A DNA stretch of 64,000 nucleotides from Saccostrea cucullata (taxonomy: Eukaryota). The first letter of the stretch is position 1. The number at the start of each line of letters is the position of its first letter. Below are positions 1 to 13,880 of the stretch, in pieces. The stretch covers positions 1 through 64,000 of the forward strand of contig NW_026924209.1 in assembly GCF_032062105.1 (NCBI RefSeq), in the 5' to 3' direction. The notes beneath the pieces are model-generated. The model did not search any database. It was given only the letters and a program-made list of their open reading frames with translations, and was not told where the DNA came from. The position numbers were made by a program, and so were the translations under genes.

Positions 1-278
1 AAAAAACAATTACTGCTCTTTTTATTTATATCATTGCAGATTTACATGTATAAGAACTTCTAAAGATGTTTCAAAATCTCACCAGTTTAAGTTAAGATGT
101 ATATTGAGGGGCAGCTGTGGTAACGACTAAATTTTGCCCTGTATTTGACGTTAAAATTATAACACAGTTAAAATGTTGACAGTTTGTATCTCTTAATACG
201 ATGCTTGTTTTAAAACCAGCACTAGTGTTATAGCTTACACGGAGGTCAAAAGAGGCTGCCAAAATAGGACATTTATCC

Positions 279-1420
279 AAAGAATGAGTGCACTTAAGTA
301 CGCCATTTGGAACCTTTTCGGCTACCCATTCTAAGCTTAACATTACAATATATCGCTAAATTAATCTATGATTAATGTGCAAGTATATGCTTTTGATATT
401 TATTTCTAGAATTTTTTGTCAAACATATTTCTATAATTACAGAAAATGTAATTAAAAAGAACATGTAAAAGCCTCAAATTCCGGAAATTTGGACGGGACC
501 ACTTTCGAATATAAGGTATTCACAAATAGGCGGAGACATTTAAACCGCGTGGTTGTGGAATGTAAACATTAGCACATATGACTTTTTTCGCACTACAAAT
601 TGAATCGGAGAAGAGAGAAAGAGAGAGAGATCGTCTTGATTTTATGGTGCACAATTATTAAATGATTCTAATGTTAAGGGATGGGATAGATGTCTCGCTC
701 GGCAGACCGTAATACAAAGGCGACATAAGCCTATACATGTACTTACTAATGACACTGTCAATACCAGAATTCTTTCAAAACACCCCTAATGAAAAGCATA
801 ATATTACATGTAAATAAGAGACACATTATCTTCAAACCCTATTAAAATTTGCGCAAAAATCTCCCATAGTTTGAAGTTGGAAGTACGAAAGATAATGTCA
901 CAACAGAGCCTTAAACACAATGAAATTTTCAATGAAAGCGTTAGCGTATCGAACAGCAGAAGGTCACGTGAGAAAGGTGATTATAATATTAATCGTTGTT
1001 GCTCAGTGACCGGTTAATTTACTAGCTATCTCGACCCTACTTTGGGGACATTTTTTTGAAAATTAGATATGAGCCGCAACTTGGCCAACATTGTCCTTTG
1101 GATATGTATAAGTTTAAGTTAAAATACATATTCTGTGCAAATAAGAAAAATGGCCAAGTTGCGGCTCGATGTAAACAAAGTCGTTGAAAACTGGTATGCA
1201 TATGAATAACAATAGAAATGAGACAAAACTGTTAGACCCCCGTCTCAAAAGCTAGTTTCGCTCTGCATTATTTGATACTTTCATGTAATATAATATACCA
1301 AAACCTGCTCTTAAGATATTGTTTAATACCTATAAAACATAAATTTAATGAATTTTGGAATTTTATTTTGTGCAAAACATCGGGATCCAAATCTCATAGC
1401 TTAAGTGCACTCATTCTTTC
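279..1420. mobile_element. Non-autonomous TIR element (~1.14 kb)
   Basis: Perfect 20-bp inverted repeat AAAGAATGAGTGCACTTAAG at 279-298 and 1400-1419; an inverted end of the same family occurs at 56885-57760; internal 17-bp IR at 1071-1087 and 1151-1167. Confidence 0.7.
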
Positions 1421-2624
1421 CTGATTTCTTGTGAAATTTCGTCAATTTTTTTTATTACGCTTTTTTAGCTCGCTTGCCTATCTGAGATTTTGAAACATAA
1501 GATGCATCTGATACAAGTGCATGAAATATATCAATTTTGTTGATTGGCAAGCTTGAGTTCCACGTTTTCTGAAAAAAATGTGCTGTAATATCGATGAATA
1601 AAAATGGGAAAAAATTAGAAATTGGCTTATTCTATTAACCTCCTGTGACCTATGTGTATTAAATTACTCAGAACCAATTCTTATTTTATGGGAGATGTAT
1701 CAACATGTTTCTATTGATAAATTGTTGCATTGTTCTAAAAGACACCCCAAACCAGGGACCAACAAGGGGTCTTAGCCTATCCTGTCCTTTACCATTAAGG
1801 ATTGATTTTGCACACGGATCATATTCACTTTGAAACTAAAAGGAGAACATTTATACAGAAACTGTTTAAACTAATGTGTTGACTTCACTTTGCTAGGAGT
1901 ATTCTTTAAGATGAGGGTAACCCCGACCTTTTTTCTTAAAACGTAACTTTTTATTATAGCCCCATCCTCTACCGTTCTGCTGCATCATAAATTAATCACG
2001 ACAATGTTGTATTCTATTAGAAGAAAAAATAGTTACCTTCCCTCTTCAATGCATCTCTCTAGTTACGGATTCTTAGAGACGGCTTCAATTGTAATTTGGT
2101 ATGTTTAGAAAATAATTTTGATAAGACTATTTTTAAACACTATAATCAATTTAAAATAATACGTTAAGTTTAATTATAAATATTGTATGCCCTTAGAAAA
2201 ATATAATTGAATCAATTAAAGTAAAAAGAAATATTTACAAAATTGTTTTAAGTTATTTCGTAACGTTGGCTTTATGTGGATCATTCCTTTGGAAGGAATA
2301 CACGTTTTAATCTATTAATTGCATTGTATCTAAAATATTTTCAATATATAGACACGATAATATAAAATATTATCAAATTCAAACAATTCTTAATTCAATA
2401 CAAGATAGATAAATGCTTTTCAAATAGATTTACTTGCGTTTCTATATGAATCCAAAGGTAAAGATCGACAATATTATCAAAAAAGTAAAGTTTTGTAACC
2501 ATATAATAAATATAAAGAAAATTATGTTTTTACGTTTGATGTATCATGTTATCTAAAGAATTATAGTTCAAATTTTGTATGAATTGCTTAAATCAATTTA
2601 CAAATAACCCTCATTCCTTTTTAG

Positions 2625-3724
2625 CTGATAGGTCTACTCCTTCCTCAGAAAAGTTTGATGTGACGATGATGTACACGATGTTACGTAATCGTGATCCAAG
2701 TCTTCAAGCCCCGACTAAAGGTTGGGGAAGGACTCCGGATACATCCGATACAAGATTGACTGATGACGTAGAAAGGATCCGGATTTACAGAAATGAAATT
2801 GGACATGCAACGGAAGCAACAAGTAAATTAGAAAAGAAGGAACTAGAGAAGAAAGCACGAGATCTCATGCAGGTAAAATTATCATTTGAGATATCCCATT
2901 ATAATCTGTGCTTTATTCTCGTTTCAAGGTTCTCATGCGACGGTTGTTCGTAAATTTTCATGTCAATCTTTGCTATACTCATTTCCTGAAATTTAAAATG
3001 AGCACATCATATGTAAATGCCTGTGTTTCATTCAATGTGATTTATAAGGTTCCTGCTATATAACATTTTAATCAGCCATTTTTTTATCCACTTAAAAACT
3101 TAACTTTTAATGAAAAAGACGTAACATCATGAGTTTCTTTCTCAAAAAGCTTTCACTACACATTTCACACTGTCTGACCCAAATACCCACCTATTAAAAC
3201 GTGATTCTTTATCACTTGAAATTTACAATTTTTGCAGTAGCATAATTTTTTTATCAATAATGTATTATTTTTACCTCCTATATGTGATTGCTCAAGATCA
3301 GAAACTGTGAATATGTTTGTCAATGATGATTCTCACTTATCAATGAATACCTTAAAGATTTCTTACAGGCATGCAATTTCCTCAAACATTATTCTAGTTT
3401 GTTACATCTTCTCTATTATTCAAATGCTGCCTTTTACCTTTAGTCAGATGTTTTGTTTGCTTTTCTCACAATTCGGATTTTCGGTAGCATTCTTTGATAA
3501 TATTGTTTTTATCGTTATTAAATCTTTTTTATTTAGTTTTGGTTGTTTTAATTTAGGTTCCGTTATTTACATTACATATGACAATTTTGACAGAAAAATA
3601 GCATTGATTCTTCAAATGATTTGATTTTATTGAATTTAACTATTTATGTACCTAGGCGATTCTGAGGTTGAGCAACGGAATGCTGAAACAAAAAATGATG
3701 AATGTGTTGGAAGGAAGAACATAG
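2625..3724 (+). CDS. 3' end of an upstream paralogue: HEPN exon 2625-2872 and last exon 3656-3724; remainder lies upstream of the window
   Basis: FDVTMMYTMLRN...PTKGWG...DDVERIRIYRNEIGH. The exon is 248 bp with the same phases as 54653-54900. Last exon reads AILRLSNGMLKQKMMNVLEGRT*. Confidence 0.85.
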
Positions 3725-3814
3725 CAAAGTGAGTATCAAAAACAATAGTCAAAAATCAAAATGTTCTAATTCGATATTTTTTGGTATTACACAGGTCTAT
3801 GAAAAGTTTATTTA

Positions 3815-4695
3815 TGAGGGTTGTCCGAAAAGTTCGTGGACAAGAGAAATTTTCATTAAGCTGTGTCATTGATATTTCTTACTAGTTTATTTATAATCCT
3901 TTCCTAAATATAAATTACAAAATGTAAAATTATTTTCAATTTCAAATCTATAATTACAAACACTGCAAACTGGTGACCCGGAGCACCGCAAAAGTTTTTT
4001 TAAGATTGAATTTTCAATACATAAATTTCATATGTATTTTGTAAAATTCCACGGAAATTTATTTGCCTTTTACATAATAAAGTTGACAAAAGTTATAAGA
4101 TCAAACCTGAAAAATTCAAATTTCGAAATGGTTGAGAATTCGAGTTTAGAATCCAGTAAGACATGGTCGGCATAGTTCGAAAAGGGTGGAGCAGAGAGCA
4201 GTTATAATGTTTGCGCAAACATCAGAAAAACATCATTAGAGATTTATAAATTCTGTAAATATTTGGAAAATAAAGGAAAAGAAGTCAGTTTTTAAGATAG
4301 TTAGTGTCATATATTTTCAGAGGGAGCGAAAGTTTACAAAATGATATGCGTAAAGACCATCAATCCGAGATAATAGTGCTGTAAAATTGAATTTAGTGAC
4401 GTGACTTAGCTGGTGTTTCCGTACAGTAGCTTAGTCTTTTCTACGCAGACAGTTGTTTGATGATTTGCAGGATCCGAGACAGGAAGCTATAAATATTATT
4501 TTATGCACAAAACCTGATCAGTTTGTTAGAAATTTTGATAACTGGTTAAGCGACATAGGAAATTTATTAAGTTAGATTCTGAAAATGCATATTTTAAAAA
4601 AAAGCCTGAAATTAAAGAAAACAATAGTGTCATATATTTTATCATTATTTGTCAACAATTATCAATGTTGTCCACGAACCTTACTGACAACTATA
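3815..4695 (+). mobile_element. Mariner-derived non-autonomous element
   Basis: TA-TGAGGGTTGTCCGAAAAGTTCGTGGACAA terminus with an imperfect inverted partner at 4668-4695; degraded EQRAVI-like transposase N-terminus near 4190. Confidence 0.6.
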
Positions 4696-5514
4696 GTTCA
4701 TCGCAATAATTAGCTATTTTTTATGTCAAACTGAAAATAATACAAAATACAAGGCTTAAAAAAATGTTGTGAAGGCTTACTCGGTGCAATTTTGATAATT
4801 CAAGGTTCCATGGATGACAAAATCTTTGATGAAAGTCATCTTTCAAGGAAAACAAGACCTGATTTCCAAGGCTGCAGAAATGACGTCAAAAAAGGAACTC
4901 CAATCTATTTTTATATCAACTAATACCAATTTTGGAGGACTTTGTGTACAATCAAAGTGATCTTTAACAATATAATATTATTAATTTTGTTGATTATCAA
5001 TCATCATATAGGAAAACAAGGCAATTTAAATTTACGATGTACATGCTTTTAAAAAATGATGTCATTGAAATTGAACTTTTTTCTCAAATGATGTCAATTG
5101 GAAATAGAAGTTGAACATTTAAAAACATTATGATGTGTAAATATATTAAGGCCTAAAAGATTCAAGTAAGTTGAGCTAATACAATGTAAATATACCTTTT
5201 AAATTTGCCTATTTCTGATTAAAAGCATTCTAGCAACAAACTCAAATTATATATGTATATAGTCACAAACATGCTAGAAATGTCAATTTAGTGTATACGG
5301 TATTGTTCAAATATATATATTATGAAGAAAAAGTGCCACAATTTCAGTTTTCACACTGTAGTAATTTAGCTTTATTAAAGATTTTTCAGGTCTTTTTTCG
5401 ACATATTTTGTGTTACATGTATTTGAAATTTAATCCAGGCCCATACATCAGATGAATAGCTTTTTTGCTTAAAATATCTGCTTATAAATTCATTAAAATG
5501 TGCTAATTTGCTTT

Positions 5515-7216
5515 GTAGGTCACCTGAGTAATGACCTATTGCTATCCATTTTCGTCCGTCGTTGTGCGTTGTGCGTTAATATTTGCACATTTTCAGCTTT
5601 TTCTGCAACCACTTAACCATTTTCAACCAAATTTGGTATAAAGCATCTATGAGTAAAGGGGAACAACACTTGTGAATTTCATGTTCATTGTCCCCCTGGG
5701 GTCTGAGGGGTGGGGCCAAAACCAGTAAAATTAATGCAATATTTAAAAATCTTCTTCTTTACTCCTGAACATCAAGTAGTCAAACTGTTTGCATGATTGT
5801 AATCAACATTGAGTCCTCTACCAAAATTATGAAATTCATGGCCCTTGGGTCACGGGTTCTAGTGTTAGGACGGGGCTTTATTGTTTATGTAGTAAAAATA
5901 CATTAATTCTTTGAAAACCTTTTTCTCTACTCTTGGAATATAATAAACTACTGTGAAATCACTAATTTTCGTGGGGGTTAATCTTTCGTTGTTTTCGGGG
6001 TATGAAGAGACTCACGAATTTATGACCACCACGAAATGTAAATTTTCATATGCACAACTTCTAAAAACTACTTCACCCACGAAATCGAACCCAACGAACT
6101 AACTTTTTTTTCTCAAACCACGAAAGTTTGACCCCACGAAAAGATGTGATCTTACAGTTACTAAGTACTTATTTATGATAAGCAAGAGTGCCTCTACCAC
6201 AATTGTAAATTTTATGACCCCAGGGTCTTGGGTTCTAGTTTTAGGGCGAGACTCTATTGATTATATGGTGAAAATGCATGAATTCTTTGAAAATCTTCTT
6301 CTCTGCTTCTGGGTATCAAATAAACAAACTATGTACATAGTTATAATAAGCAAGTATGCCTCTACCAGAATTGTGAATTTATTGGCCCCAGGGTCAGGAT
6401 TCTAATGTTAGGGCAGGGCTCTATTGATTATATAGTGAAAATACATTAATTCTTAAAACATTTTCTCTGCTCTTGGGCATTAAATAAACTAAGTACATAT
6501 TAGTGATGAGCAAGAGTGCCTCTACTAGAATTGTGAATTTTAGGGCCCCAGGGTCAAGGTTTCAAGTTTAAGGGCAGGGCTCTTCTGATTATTTAGTGAA
6601 AATGCATTAATTCTTTAAAGATCTTCTTCTTTGCTTCTGGGTACTAAATTAACTAACTATGAAAATAGTTATGATAAGCAAGAGTGCTTCTACTAAAATT
6701 GTGAATTTTATGTCCCCAGGGCCAGGGGTTCTCGTGTTATGGTGGGACTCTATTGATTATATGGCGAAAAAACATTAATTCTTTGAAAATTTTCTTCTCT
6801 GCTTCTGGGTATTAAGCAGATGAACTAACTATATAGTTATGATGAGCAAGGACCTTAATCTTCCAGAATTGTGAATTCCAATTCCAAAGCCCCAGGGTCA
6901 GCAAGGGTGCTTTTTCAAAAATTGTGCAATGTGTAGACCTAGGGTCAGGGGTTTATGTGTGGAAGGTGACTACTGATTATTGCTGAATATTACAGATTAG
7001 GTTGAAATGAAGTTTTTGTTCCCCTACCCTGCCTATTGGTATTAAGTAACCAAACAAAGCAATTGCTAAGTGTATAGTTATGATGATTAATATAATGGTG
7101 CCTCTTTCAAAATTGTGAATGCCATAGCACCAGGCTTAAAAAATAAAGCAAATTCAATTACTGAAAAGTTGTTGCATGATATCCAGGTGACCTATAAGGC
7201 CCATGGGCCTCTTGTT
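5515..7216 (+). mobile_element. Helentron-type non-autonomous element (HINE) with a ~165-bp satellite core
   Basis: 5' TAGGTCACCTGAG, (CGTC/GTGC)n microsatellite, tandem units at ~6190/6358/6518/6686, 3' CAGGTGACC plus AGGCCCATGGGCCT palindrome and CTTGTT end. Confidence 0.75.
5951..6157. mobile_element. Tc1/mariner-type MITE nested in the HINE satellite
   Basis: TA-CTGTGAAATCA...TGATCTTACAG imperfect TIRs; interrupts a satellite unit. Confidence 0.65.
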
Positions 7217-7552
7217 AATTTTTTTATCATGAAAATAGAAACGGAGGAATAATTATGTTATTACATAATATGCTATTCCATAAAAAAATATTTTATAAAA
7301 CTGTCAATAGAAAGTATAATATAGGTTTTGAAATTCATCGAGTCAGTAGTTGTACCAATGCCATTTCCTTCTCTTGTGGAAATCTCATCTAGAACAACTG
7401 TTTTATAGATATTTGTTTAGTTACATTGCTCAGAGAGGGATTAAATAGACTTTGCCTGCTGCCCAATCCAATTCACATTTATTTGTGAATAAATAGATAT
7501 AAACATTTAGAAATGCCTCCTGAAACACAACTATTTGAAAGTCAGAGTTTCT

Positions 7553-7625
7553 AGATTGATTGATCGATTGATTGTATATTGTTTAACGTCCCTCTTGAGA
7601 ATTTTTCACTCATATGAAGACGTCA
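7553..7625 (-). mobile_element. 5'-truncated SINE 3' tail
   Basis: (GATT)n plus GTATATTGTTTAACGTC matches the tails of the SINEs at 19479 and 58137. Confidence 0.7.
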
Positions 7626-8054
7626 GAGATAGAGATACAATTACATCGTACTCGAATGTTGCTAAACGTAAGCAACTGCAACATCTGTCACAAGAAGACA
7701 ACTTTAAAGACAATTTGAACAATTATTTTAAGTCATGTTAGACAAGAGGAGAAGTCAGCTAGGAGGATAAATTGAAAAAAAATATTTTTGCTTTCTTATC
7801 AGCTTAGAACTGAAACTGAAAACTATCATGGAAAAAATTAATGAAATACTTTACCAAGAATTTAAACTCATGGAGTTAGGAAACTTTACAGCCTTGGGTT
7901 GGCAAAAAACGGGAAATACTCCTATTTCTCACGACGGTTTGAAGTACTGCTTATTCCCAGGAATTCTATAGGTATTTCCCGGGAAATACTGGGAGGCAAG
8001 ACATGCTACATATTTATATATTTAATCATCTTGCTTGGCTAAAAACATAAAATA

Positions 8055-8262
8055 CTGTAAACCAACTATTATTCGCGTCTTCTTTTTTTCGCGATTCGTT
8101 CGTTTGAAATCAAACCGCGAAGACTAATTTTGGCGACCGAGGAAAAAATTCCCTACAAATACTACGCAAAATTATTGATTCGCGGCGATTAATATTCGCG
8201 AGTTTAAGGCAGTCACAAAACTCGCTAATATTTCTCGCACGCGAATAAAAGTTGGTTTACAG
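8055..8262. mobile_element. Tc1/mariner-type MITE, TA TSD
   Basis: TA-CTGTAAACCAACT.TTATTCGCGT ... ACGCGAATAAAAGTTGGTTTACAG-TA; a second, degraded copy lies at ~20549-20750. Confidence 0.85.
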
Positions 8263-9107
8263 TACACATTAATGTCTTAGATAAGATAATAACGTTGCAC
8301 ATGTATCACTGTTCTTGCTTAAACAAAATTGATTTTCTAATGTTTCATTTTAAATAATCATAAAATGGTTTACACGTTTATCGGTCCATATAGGTATTCA
8401 TTTTACGTTGATTTATGGTATGAAGAAGTATCTAAAGAAGTGTAGAATATAGTGTAAATACCAAACCTAAGAAGAAGTCTTTCAGTTCTACTCAAGGTTA
8501 TTATATCTCTCAAACTGGAATACAAAACTGTCCAGAGTAAATTTGTTAAAACGTCGTAACTGATTGTAATGCATGTATCTGCGGTGTTTATAGAGGAATT
8601 TAATTAATCTTATGTTTCTTTGTTCATTTTATTTTTGAATTTGTATTAGATTAAATGAATGAAAAGAAATAAATTCTTCAATTCCAAGTGTTTCCCAGTT
8701 TTGATACATTTTACAGTATTTACCGGGACTGGAATTTACCGTTATTTACCACTAGTAATTCCCACCATCCGTAAATTTCCCGGCCAACCCTGACAGAGCC
8801 AGTTGACAGTTAAAGCAGCAAATTGAAGAAATATTCCAAAATATTCCTCGGTTACTGTAGATTTTTTTTAAAAAGGCACGAAATCTGTTATTGTGAAGGT
8901 TTACGATTCACCGGGTGTGTTCAATTGAGTATTGCTCACCACAACTGCACGGACTGACAGTATACTGCGTGTGTGTTTTACTTTCGACATTTTTATTCTG
9001 AATTTTCTGGATTATAGTTTTAATGTTTGATATTAAAAATCACATGATGCCGTGGTAATTGTACATATTTTGCATTATAGGTTTAGTTAATAATGAATTT
9101 CAATATG

Positions 9108-9437
9108 GCACACATCTAGACTACACTTAGGTACATAATTCTGTTTATCGGTTTTTGCTTTCAATGAATGATGTTGCCTTGGTTTCTAAAAATAGAAATT
9201 TCTGTGAAATACGTAAAAAATGTTTTTCCTCATCCAATTTTTGTCTGATTTCAATTAAACTTGGCACACAAGTAGTCAACACTTAGATACATGATTCTTT
9301 AAAATATAGGTTTTTGGTTTCCTTGGTTACAAAATATAAAAATTATCTGTGAAATACTGTAAAAATACTTTTCCTCGTACAATGTTGGTCTGATTTCAAT
9401 ATAATTTGGCACACAAGTACACTACACCAAGATACAT
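9108..9437. repeat. ~150-bp tandem repeat interrupted by the Sola element; the third unit continues at 13707-13820
   Basis: Units start GGCACACA at 9108, 9263 and 9408. Confidence 0.7.
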
Positions 9438-12400
9438 GACTGCCGTCACGAGAAAAGGGCCCTTAAGGTCAAATTTTCACAAATTGACTTTTTGGTAAAT
9501 TTTAATAGTCTGACATTTTCTGAGTTCAAATATATAAAGGTTTTAAAGATGTCACGTTTTTTACGGATTATACAAGCATTTTAATAAGGCGCCTCTATAC
9601 GGCCGTCGTTAAGTAACGTTGCACACTGAAGAAGAAAAATAACGTTGCGTAGCATCGAATTTCCTTTCTAGCATTCACTTTAATGACAATTGTTTCCATT
9701 TGCAAAAATCAGCAACAAGACTTTATTACTATTTTCAATTAATTCTATACATTCCATGTGGATCTATAGAGTGTGAGTCGATTGTAAAACAAAAAAAGGG
9801 GGGGGTGTTCACCCCCAACCCTGGACACACATGAAATAGTATTTTCTCGGGTATTAGTTAGTTTTTTGTTGTTGTTGTTGTAAAAAGATATTCTATTCGA
9901 TTTTTAAAAAATCGAGTGGACCATCCCACACACACAACTTTGGAAAAATTCCTGGAATCGTGCATGCACTAAAGCAAATATATTTCTTTCCTGTAAAAAA
10001 AAAATCCCTTTATTCATTCAGTTTTAATTGTTCTGCCTTTATGATCATATAGTACAGAAAACAAAACAGAGTTAAACAATAATGATCAGAACCTTTAATG
10101 AACATTTTATTCCGTAAATGATATTGATTCTTTTTGAAACTTCTTATTTTAAGCATTTTAATCTACATGCGTCTGTAACAAGAGCACTTATAATTAGTTT
10201 TGCCCATACAATAATTTCTTCATCGTTATTCCTCATCAGGAGCCGGACAGGTAAGATCCTTTGCGTGGTCTTTTACGAAAGGTCTGATGTGCTTAAATAG
10301 ATACAATTTTCTCTCAGCAGAAAGCCCACCTGTAAGAGAAAAAAATGCACTGATCAATATTCCTTTTGTAAAATACAAGTGTAAGGATCTAAAGAAAGTT
10401 CTAATTTTAATACCTTTTACAAAAGTCATTGGTAGATTCGTGGCAGAAAAACTAGCATCCTGGTCCCGAAGAAGCTTGATTGGTTTCTCAACATCTGTTG
10501 ACTTTTCCTTCACAAAAACAATTCCTGGTTGCATTGCACTGAATCTAAAATGATGGAATTGTCGAATCCCTGGAATTGCTGAAAAGTTTGCAGATAAAAA
10601 TGACTTCCAGTCATACCATTGGACGTCATTGTCTACCACTATGGCCTGGTTTCCCACGGCAGATTTAGTAACAGTTCTGTTTAAATCTTCGAGCGAGTCA
10701 TTGTCAGTCCTATAATAAAACCTGTATCTATTAGTAGATTTTATCCAAACAAACATTTCTTATCTGTGTCTGTGTAAGAAATCGTGTCTGTGTAAGAATT
10801 CATATTAAAAGAAAAATAAACACTTATAATTAATACTGTATGAATAAATTTTACTGACCTACGATACAATTTCTTAATGTACGCAAATCCCGCGTCTACT
10901 AGGCACTTTGTATGCCCAGGTATTTGCATTGAAAGGGTTATTTCTCTATGAAGCCCAGTAAGAATTCTCCATGCAAGATAACCCAACATGTAACGATTCT
11001 TGTTCTGTCCTACAATATTAAGATCATTGTTAAACGTAAATAACATTTTTATAAAATGACCGTTATCGAAATTGATGTTGCAGACGTAAAGAATAAGTGA
11101 AAGTGAAAAGCGCTTTAAACTTAAGAAGAATTGATCACCTGCACAGTTATCACAGTGTATTTTACAGGACATCTCTCCACATCCGTAATGTTGCAATGCA
11201 TGGTGCAAGAGAGTAATCACTGTGTCAGGACCGTGTGCCTTTGTACCATCCACTCCAATAGTCTGGTCCTCGTCAAAAAGATAGTTAATACTGCTCTTTG
11301 CTCCCTTCCATACACACCCCAAAGAGCTGGACCTTTCTAGGGGAGGTAAAATAAAGCGGGCCCTCTTGTCTGGCATGGTGTGGAATCGTGAGCTGCTGGG
11401 CAAAGTCGAAGGTATAGTGCACGTTGTACAAAGGAGTTGACGATGACTGACAACCTACTGGGCGATGTCCATATTCTTCCAATTCACTCCGTGCAGCCTG
11501 AACACTTTCTCTGTATATAACGTGTTCACCTGCTCGTAATGTGGAAAATACTTTTGATTTAATTATTGTTAAATCCTCTTTTCATTTGAAAAAAAATACT
11601 GATTTATAACATAATTTTCAAAAGTATAAACAAGATTATGAAATAAAATAAAGAAATATATATGAATTCTACCTTGCGAAACTTCAATATGGTATTTAAA
11701 TGCTTCTAAGGCCATCAGTTTATCTTCTTCTGTGACAGCAGCTGTCACCTGACACCTTAGCTTCTCACATTTGGAACATACGTCTGATCTTGGTGAAGCT
11801 ATTTTTATATGTGACATGCAGGTAAGCCAGATCCCCTTGAAGGTGGACAGTTCTACCGCTCTTACCTGACTTTCTTCACAAGCTGCCTTATAATTAAAAT
11901 GGATGTCTGCTTTCGTTGAAGAAGCTGGAAGTAAAATAGGTGTCTCCGTAGCATCATTAGCATGCGGTATAGCAGGCAATGGTATGCCATTTTCCTCGCC
12001 AAATCTCAAAATAAAATTAACTACCCTCTTAATATCTTCGAATTTCAAAGCATGCTTAGGTTTTTTGCCTTTGTTGCCATGTAGCCTTGGAACAGGACCA
12101 TTTTTCTTTAAATGCTGAACAATGTTTTTCAATCGCTTTTCCCCAATGCCGTGTATAAACAAAAATGCTTCCTTGCATATTTCACGATCGTCATAATTGT
12201 ATTCGAATCTTTGCCTCTTTTTTTCCCCTCAAGTCATCGCCGATACTTTTACTTTTTAGCTTCCCCATTATATACATTTCTTGTTCATCTTTGGTAAGTT
12301 CTCTCATTGTATAAATGTGGTTGATGATGTCCTCAAATTGAAACTTTTCATAACACCTTGATTGGCAGCCGCAACCGGTTTTAATCTTTTCTTTCATCAA

Positions 12401-13706
12401 AAAGTCTTCCTCAAAAACTGTGTCTGTATCATTGTCTTCAGAGAGATCGTAATTCCTTGAAAGTCTATTAATTGTTTCTTCTTCTGTTTCATTTATATTT
12501 TCAAGTACCACATCGTTTTCGGTGTCATTATCTTCTAAATTTTGTAAAACTCTTGGAAAATATTCTGCATTAACTTGATCTAATTCCTAAACAAAAACAC
12601 AAACACGGTAAAAGTTGGAAAATATTTTCTGAACTAAGTAAAATTAAGACGAAATAAATTTTTATCAGAAAAAATAATTCTTATGTATCAGTTTCTTTTA
12701 TTTTATAAATTATTTACTTATAAGCTTTGAACGCGTACACAGTCCGGGATCATTAAATCACACCGTTCAATAGTTTTTTATTAGAGCGTTCGCAACACTA
12801 TAGCTACGATAAACAATCTAAAAATAAATTACATAAACTTTCTGGAACCGAAGCGAATCACTATATATATTAATTTTTTAAATAGTTTCCAGAGTTATAA
12901 AGATTTTGATTTCATATCAAGTTTTTGTTTACGTACTATATACTTATGAAAAATATTAATGGTACATTTCCATAATCTTCACCGTAATCTCACACATTTT
13001 CACAGCGCAGTCCATGCCATGTACGCGTACTTAAAAAAATCCTTGTAACATAAGTTATTTACATTTAAGTGTAAAGCAAGTGTTTGTGTAAGAGGAAATA
13101 AAAGGGAAATGATTTAGGCAATATTTACATTTTTTAAAGAAAAGAATGTACTACTGAAAAAAGATATGCAGTCATCTCTCTCTCTCTCTCTCTCTTTCTC
13201 TCTCAGACATCGAATACAAAATAGCACTCGGTCATAGTTAAAACGTATAAAATAGCATTGGGAAACTTGTATCTTTCTCTATAAGATACAAGATATTTTA
13301 TTTACCAATCAAGGGCCCCAAGGGGCATTTCAAAATACATAAATATGTTATCATTATGCATCAATGTATTACATGCCTATCTTAGAGTTGACATCGCGAC
13401 TCGTGTGTGTTGAAGAATGTCGCGATACGTCTATATGATATAAATAATTCTAATAAAGAAAATACATTCTCTACATAATTATATTGTTATCAATAATATA
13501 TTCTAAGTCAATTTATACATACTAGAAATTCGGAAAAAATCTTTCTATTACCTGGAAATCCATATCTTTTTCATTCTCATTGATCATCAAAACATCAAAC
13601 GCAGCCGACAAAAATCACTTCCGTGTTTACAATACCGCGACTTTGACGTCGTTTTCTGAGCATTGTGACGTCGTACGATAAGGGCCCTTTTCTCATGACA
13701 GCAGTC
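9438..13706 (-). mobile_element. Full-length Sola-type (probably Sola1) DNA transposon, 4269 bp
   Basis: 28-bp TIRs at 9438-9465 and 13679-13706 (2 mismatches); 4-bp TSD ACAT at 9434-9437 and 13707-13710; empty site reconstructable from the neighbouring tandem-repeat unit; internal DDD transposase. Confidence 0.85.
10226..13587 (-). pseudogene. Sola-type DDD transposase, 6 exons, ~629 aa when repaired; two 1-bp frameshifts
   Basis: Exons 13587-13552, 12586-11673, 11529-11139, 11009-10859, 10709-10414, 10329-10226 with GT..AG introns and consistent phases. Motifs YTFDFAQQ, HCDNCAGQNKN, PGHTKCLVDAGF and CSKC. Frameshifts in the T7 run at 12218-12224 and at ~11287. Confidence 0.8.
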
Positions 13707-13880
13707 ACATAATTCTGTTTATCGTTTATTGAGCTAGGTGAATGATGTTTCCGTGATTAATAAATCTAGACATTTCTGTAAAATACTCCAAAATGCTTCT
13801 CCAAATACAGTTTTAATCTGATTATAATATAACATGGCATTCAAGTATACTCCACTGAGATATATTAGTGTTTTTATTAA

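Noticed and set aside
3307-3624. Hydrophobic 105-aa ORF
   Set aside because: T-rich intron of copy 1; compositional artefact
5800-6900. Regularly spaced repeats as a CRISPR-like array
   Set aside because: Whole ~165-bp units are homologous with no unique spacers; they are the satellite core of a Helentron-type element in eukaryotic DNA, and no cas genes are present
7893-8792. hAT-like MITE with GGGTTGGC termini
   Set aside because: Left terminus is degenerate and no TSD was found; too weak to list
12218-12224. Programmed ribosomal frameshift in the transposase A-run
   Set aside because: A second, unrelated frameshift at ~11287 and the homopolymer context make mutation or sequencing error more likely
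10287-12297. Plus-strand ORFs inside the Sola element
   Set aside because: Antisense shadows of the transposase exons
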